Part shown: piece by piece, positions 61,007-64,000 of the stretch
Layout: the number at the start of each line of letters is the position of its first letter
Position numbering within the stretch: the stretch's first letter is position 1
Assembly: GCA_037201605.1 (NCBI GenBank)
Contig: JBBCGM010000001.1
Coordinates: 1,128 to 65,127, forward strand
Source: Candidatus Moraniibacteriota bacterium
GTDB taxonomy: Bacteria > Patescibacteriota > Minisyncoccia > Moranbacterales > UBA1568
DNA length: 64,000 nucleotides
Direction of reading: 5' to 3'
Program-made: the position numbers and the translations under genes
Notes under the pieces: model-generated
Told to the model about the DNA's origin: nothing
Seen by the model: only the letters and a program-made list of their open reading frames with translations
Databases searched by the model: none

Positions 61007-62029
61007 CTAGAGGCTAAAAAGCACCGAGCGTATCCGTTCTTCGATCGTTTTGTCAGCCGCCTGTATGTATGTCTGCGTGGTAGAAATACTACTGTGACCG
61101 AGCGCCCAGCGAATGGAGTTGATGTCGAGACCGGAATAGTACTTGTCCGTGGCAAAGGTGGTGCGGATGTCGTGGCAGGTCATTTTCACGCCGGCCCGTT
61201 CACTGTATTTCTTGATGATACGCTGAATAGAGCGTTCGTGGACTTTCTGCTTAGCCTGCCAGTGGGTGGTCACAAAAAGCCAGTCCAGGCCGTCCTGAGA
61301 GGCTCTACGGGCTTCTATATGCCTCTTAAGGTAGACATTCGTGGTTTCGCTCCAGAAGATCTTACGAAGCTTCTTACCCCTCGATTTTGCTGAAAGAATC
61401 ACGGCCTCGCATTTCTCCGTATCCATCTGACTGATCTTCAAACTTGCCATTTCGCAGACACGAATACCACTATCAAAGAAAAGATGCAGCACCATGAGAT
61501 CACGCATCCCCACAGAAGCATTTCTGTCCACCTGGGCGATGATACGTAGGTAATCTTCCCGCTTGATGGCTCGGAAGTGTTGCGCCTCACCACGAGGCTT
61601 TTTGAGCAACTCAAAGGGAGCGTCAAAGAACCCCATTTGCCGGCACCAGGCCGCATAGTCTCGCATGGCAGCGATAGCAATCCGCCGAGTACCGGGACGA
61701 TACTTGGTCGCCATCCAGTCGGCGAACGCCTGCATATCGTCGTAACTGAGGATCTCCCCTTGAGGCCTATTGTGGAATTGGTAAAGCTTACGTAGCCAAA
61801 TGCCGTAGGAGACAGCGGCTCGAGGGGTTTGAGGCGCCTTCCACGAAAGGTAGCGTTCGAGAGGATTCATATCAGCGAAGACAATGATGGCAGTGTCAGT
61901 GTCGCTGATTGAACTAACGGGATGGTATACCACCGCCCGGCTTATTCTGTCAAGGAACTCCAAAGCCTCCCGAGTATTGCGAAGTATCGGAATGGAAACG
62001 AAATCTTCAAAAAGGAGGTCGCTGGTCAT
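61007..62029 (-). CDS. Tyrosine recombinase / phage integrase family
   Basis: Intact 340 aa. Catalytic signature: SGIRVCEMASL (Arg), CHDIRTTFAT (HxxR), LGHSSISTTQTYI (His...Tyr). Confidence 0.85.
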   Translation of the reverse strand: MTSDLLFEDFVSIPILRNTREALEFLDRISRAVVYHPVSSISDTDTAIIVFADMNPLERYLSWKAPQTPRAAVSYGIWLRKLYQFHNRPQGEILSYDDMQAFADWMATKYRPGTRRIAIAAMRDYAAWCRQMGFFDAPFELLKKPRGEAQHFRAIKREDYLRIIAQVDRNASVGMRDLMVLHLFFDSGIRVCEMASLKISQMDTEKCEAVILSAKSRGKKLRKIFWSETTNVYLKRHIEARRASQDGLDWLFVTTHWQAKQKVHERSIQRIIKKYSERAGVKMTCHDIRTTFATDKYYSGLDINSIRWALGHSSISTTQTYIQAADKTIEERIRSVLFSL

Positions 62030-62421
62030 CCTTTTACCGTTTACTCAATGCACACAAAGAATAAACGGGAGGCCTTCTCTTGGTCAAAAAAGTCCAGCGA
62101 GGCACAAGATGTTGAGTAGAAGCACTTGCGTGATCTAAAAAGGGGTTGTATAATGAATTTCAATCTCCTTACCAAATAACGGTTGGTCGCCGTTTATGCA
62201 ACACCGACACGAACTCGTGTCGTCTTCCGGCGTAAGGTTTTCAAAAAAAGACCATTGCGCCAAAAGCGCATTCCCCGAAAGGGTGTTGCGCCTTACGCTG
62301 GAAGAGGGTACGAGTTTTTCCTTTAATAATTGCCAATTGCTCAGAATCCGTTGATGAGCAATGGCAGGGGTTAAAGGTGACCTCCTCTGCGGTAATTTCG
62401 GTCACACGAAATCCAAAGGTT

Positions 62422-62586
62422 ATGGCCAAGCGCCTGCCCTTCGGCATGATTTGCCGAGCATGGATCACGCTCCCAGATGGGACGAGACGTTATGCGAAGG
62501 ATTACGGTTTGAAGGCCTTCTGCTTCTTCCCTTCTCGTAAGGGTAAGAAAAAGAAGACGACCCTTGCTGGGGTCGCTTCAAACTAA
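62422..62586 (+). CDS. Small basic hypothetical protein (54 aa)
   Basis: MAKRLPFGMICRAWITLPDGTRRYAKDYGLKAFCFFPSRKGKKKK. A plus-strand terminator follows 20 nt later. The RBS is weak. Confidence 0.4.
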   Translation: MAKRLPFGMICRAWITLPDGTRRYAKDYGLKAFCFFPSRKGKKKKTTLAGVASN

Positions 62587-62664
62587 CGATTCGTTGTCAG
62601 CCATTGCAGCCCCTCGGGGCTGTTTTGGTACCAAAATTATAGCAGTTTTTTGTCAGTGTGAGTA
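62545..62664 (-). ncRNA. Candidate antisense RNA overlapping the 3' end of ORF 62422-62586
   Basis: It starts downstream of promoter 62671-62699. It contains hairpins CAGCCCC/GGGGCTG and CGACCC-CAGCAA-GGGTCG, followed by TCTTCTTTTTCTT. No ORF is longer than 7 codons. Confidence 0.4.
62605..62628 (+). terminator. Intrinsic terminator after the small plus-strand ORF
   Basis: CAGCCC-CTCG-GGGCTG followed by TTTTGG. Confidence 0.6.
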
Positions 62665-62670
62665 CAGAGC

Positions 62671-62699
62671 AGTATACAGCTTGACAAGCTGTATGTCAA
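62671..62699 (-). promoter_or_regulatory. Promoter with an operator-like palindrome in the spacer
   Basis: The minus strand reads TTGACA, a 17-nt spacer, then TATACT. The perfect inverted repeat TACAGCTT-GAC-AAGCTGTA (62675-62693) fills the spacer. Confidence 0.6.
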
Positions 62700-62701
62700 T
62701 A

Positions 62702-62875
62702 CTAACGCTTGTCTGCTTTATACCGACCATAAATCGCTAAGACCGTACCAGCTACTGCCAAGAGGGCAGTCAGTACACTCTCAATTTCCGTCTTTGTAGC
62801 ATACCCTTCCAAGAGATAGGAAAGTGCTAATGTCGCGATACCAAGGTATGTGCGGTATCCTTCAAGAAATGCCAT
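62702..62875 (-). CDS. Holin-like 57-aa two-TM protein
   Basis: This ORF is below the track cutoff and I translated it by hand: MAFLEGYRTYLGIATLALSYLLEGYATKTEIESVLTALLAVAGTVLAIYGRYKADKR. It overlaps the 3' end of the M23 gene out of frame. Confidence 0.5.
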   Translation of the reverse strand: MAFLEGYRTYLGIATLALSYLLEGYATKTEIESVLTALLAVAGTVLAIYGRYKADKR

Positions 62876-63474
62876 ATTCTTTTGATTATTTCAACTAATT
62901 TCTGTGCTTTCTCCGCTTCCTCGACCTTTGGCGGTTCTACGATTACTCCAGGAGAATGAATAATGACTGGTTCTTTGAATTCCGGGGCTTCTACTACTAC
63001 GGGGCCTCCGCCCGTTGTCGTAATCGTCACCTCAGGAACTTCTTCCTTTGGTTCTGGCTTTGGCTCTATTCTGTCTATTTCATCAAAGAATTTCTCTGGA
63101 TCAATGAAATTGGAGCGATTTGTCAGCTCTAGATTCCCATTTTTAGAGACGTCTACATGCCAGTGAGGGCCTGTGGATAGCCCTGTATTACCTGTAAAGG
63201 CAAAGACTTCCCCCCTCTTATACTTCCCGACCTTCGGAAGCTCTCGAAGGTGTAATGAACGCACAAGCTCTTTGCGTCCATCAAGTTTTACGAAAGCAGT
63301 ATTTCCGCCTTCTTTGCCCACCTGTGTTTTGATGACTTGTAGATCAAGTGGGGCATAGAGAGGCGTTCCTATCGCCACCATAAAATCCGTCCCGATGTGG
63401 AAGTCGTTATAGAAGGTTTTATCGCCAAAGCGATACGCCCTTCTTATTCGTACATAATTACTGAGTGGATACAT
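62827..63474 (-). CDS. M23 (LytM-type) peptidoglycan endopeptidase, endolysin-like
   Basis: Intact 215 aa with HIGTD (HxxxD) and GPHWHVDV (HxH) motifs. There is no signal peptide. A Pro/Glu-rich linker and an amphipathic tail follow. Confidence 0.8.
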   Translation of the reverse strand: MYPLSNYVRIRRAYRFGDKTFYNDFHIGTDFMVAIGTPLYAPLDLQVIKTQVGKEGGNTAFVKLDGRKELVRSLHLRELPKVGKYKRGEVFAFTGNTGLSTGPHWHVDVSKNGNLELTNRSNFIDPEKFFDEIDRIEPKPEPKEEVPEVTITTTGGGPVVVEAPEFKEPVIIHSPGVIVEPPKVEEAEKAQKLVEIIKRIWHFLKDTAHTLVSRH

Positions 63475-63477
63475 ATT

Positions 63478-63621
63478 TTATTGCAATGCGTCGATTTCTG
63501 CTTGAATTTCCTCCTTTTCCTCATCGGTTAAGAGAGGGTGAAGGAGATTCTGAGAAAGAAATTCTATACGTCTTTCTCTTTCTTGTTCGCTTAACTTACC
63601 CGGAACAGCTTTCGCAGACAT
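63478..63621 (-). CDS. Small hypothetical protein (47 aa)
   Basis: Translated by hand: MSAKAVPGKLSEQERERRIEFLSQNLLHPLLTDEEKEEIQAEIDALQ. It ends 3 nt before the M23 start. Confidence 0.35.
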   Translation of the reverse strand: MSAKAVPGKLSEQERERRIEFLSQNLLHPLLTDEEKEEIQAEIDALQ

Positions 63622-63739
63622 CTTCGTTTAGTAAAGAATTAGTCTCTTTCTTCATCTCGTCTCTATAAAGGTCATAAGCCTCATCCTCTTTGCCCTGATC
63701 TATAAGGGCTTTCATTTTTTCTTCAAGTTCTTTTTTCAT
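63596..63739 (-). CDS. Small hypothetical protein (47 aa)
   Basis: Translated by hand: MKKELEEKMKALIDQGKEDEAYDLYRDEMKKETNSLLNEDVCESCSG. Its start overlaps the upstream stop (ATGA). Confidence 0.35.
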   Translation of the reverse strand: MKKELEEKMKALIDQGKEDEAYDLYRDEMKKETNSLLNEDVCESCSG

Positions 63740-64000
63740 AGGAGGATCCTGTCTATCTGGTCATAAAGTTCGTCCAAAGTCTTGACTTCTATAGTCGGCA
63801 GTTTTATGTCATCCAGGCTTGTTTCTGACGTATGATTGTCGCCCGTCTCGTGTTCTTTCCGGATGATGCGATAGACCGTTCCGTTCAGACCCTGTACTGC
63901 CTCTAGTTCATTCGGGAAACGTACATCGTCAGTAACGACAATATTGGCTGAAGATTTCTTGACCCGCTCTTTGTACTGATCAACCCAGTAATCTTCCCAA
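63736..64000 (-). CDS. dNMP-kinase-like protein, C-terminal part (5' end beyond the window)
   Basis: NIVVTDDVRFPNELEAVQGLNGTVYRIIRKEHETG. The DVRFPNE motif is typical of phage deoxynucleoside-monophosphate kinases. Confidence 0.5.
   Translation of the reverse strand, partial: WEDYWVDQYKERVKKSSANIVVTDDVRFPNELEAVQGLNGTVYRIIRKEHETGDNHTSETSLDDIKLPTIEVKTLDELYDQIDRILL

Larger units (their letters stand above)
60700..64000. mobile_element. Phage-like integrated element, partial (right end beyond the window; left end not defined)
   Basis: It contains a tyrosine integrase, a small HTH gene, an operator-bearing promoter, an M23 endolysin with an overlapping holin-like ORF, small overlapping ORFs and a dNMP-kinase-like gene. 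It sits next to a tRNA gene. Confidence 0.55.

Noticed and set aside
62241-62468. A 75-aa minus-strand ORF between the integrase and the lysis genes.
   Set aside because: It overlaps the structured region and the plus-strand ORF. It has no RBS and lies downstream of the minus-strand terminator at about 62545. It is likely a shadow frame.

Overview
This window looks like a chromosomal segment of a small-genome, CPR/Patescibacteria-like bacterium. That placement is an inference from gene content: DUF4012, lamin-tail-domain proteins, ComEC, and Lys/Ala-rich tails on housekeeping proteins. Nearly everything is on the minus strand. It includes the str/S10 ribosomal cluster (rpsL-rpsG-fusA-tuf-rpsJ-rplC-rplD-rplW-rplB-rpsS-rplV-rpsC-rplP), comEC-nrdR-ftsZ-ftsA, hisS-lepB, gyrB, efp, rpsF-ssb-rpsR, a SulP transporter, recA, a rodZ-like gene, ftsK, rpoB-rpoC, msrA-msrB and three tRNAs. 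Most genes left of about 55 kb have reading frames broken at homopolymer runs. I read these as consensus indel errors, not gene decay, so I call them CDS with frame breaks. Right of about 55.3 kb no frame is broken and the content becomes accessory. First comes a four-gene operon: a 634-aa tail-fibre-like cadherin/Ig/SPRY protein, a DUF1996-like secreted protein, a membrane-anchored unknown and an RNHCP protein. Next is tRNA-Gly(TCC), followed by a phage-like element that runs off the window. The element carries an HTH gene, a tyrosine integrase, an operator-controlled antisense RNA unit, an M23 endolysin with an overlapping holin-like ORF, and a dNMP-kinase-like gene. A strict TTGACA-N17-TAnnnT promoter grammar recurs in intergenic regions. 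Following it led to two candidate small RNAs, several structured leaders, and a plus-strand beta-carbonic-anhydrase-like gene convergent with SulP. No CRISPR array, rRNA, reverse transcriptase or recognisable defence system was seen.
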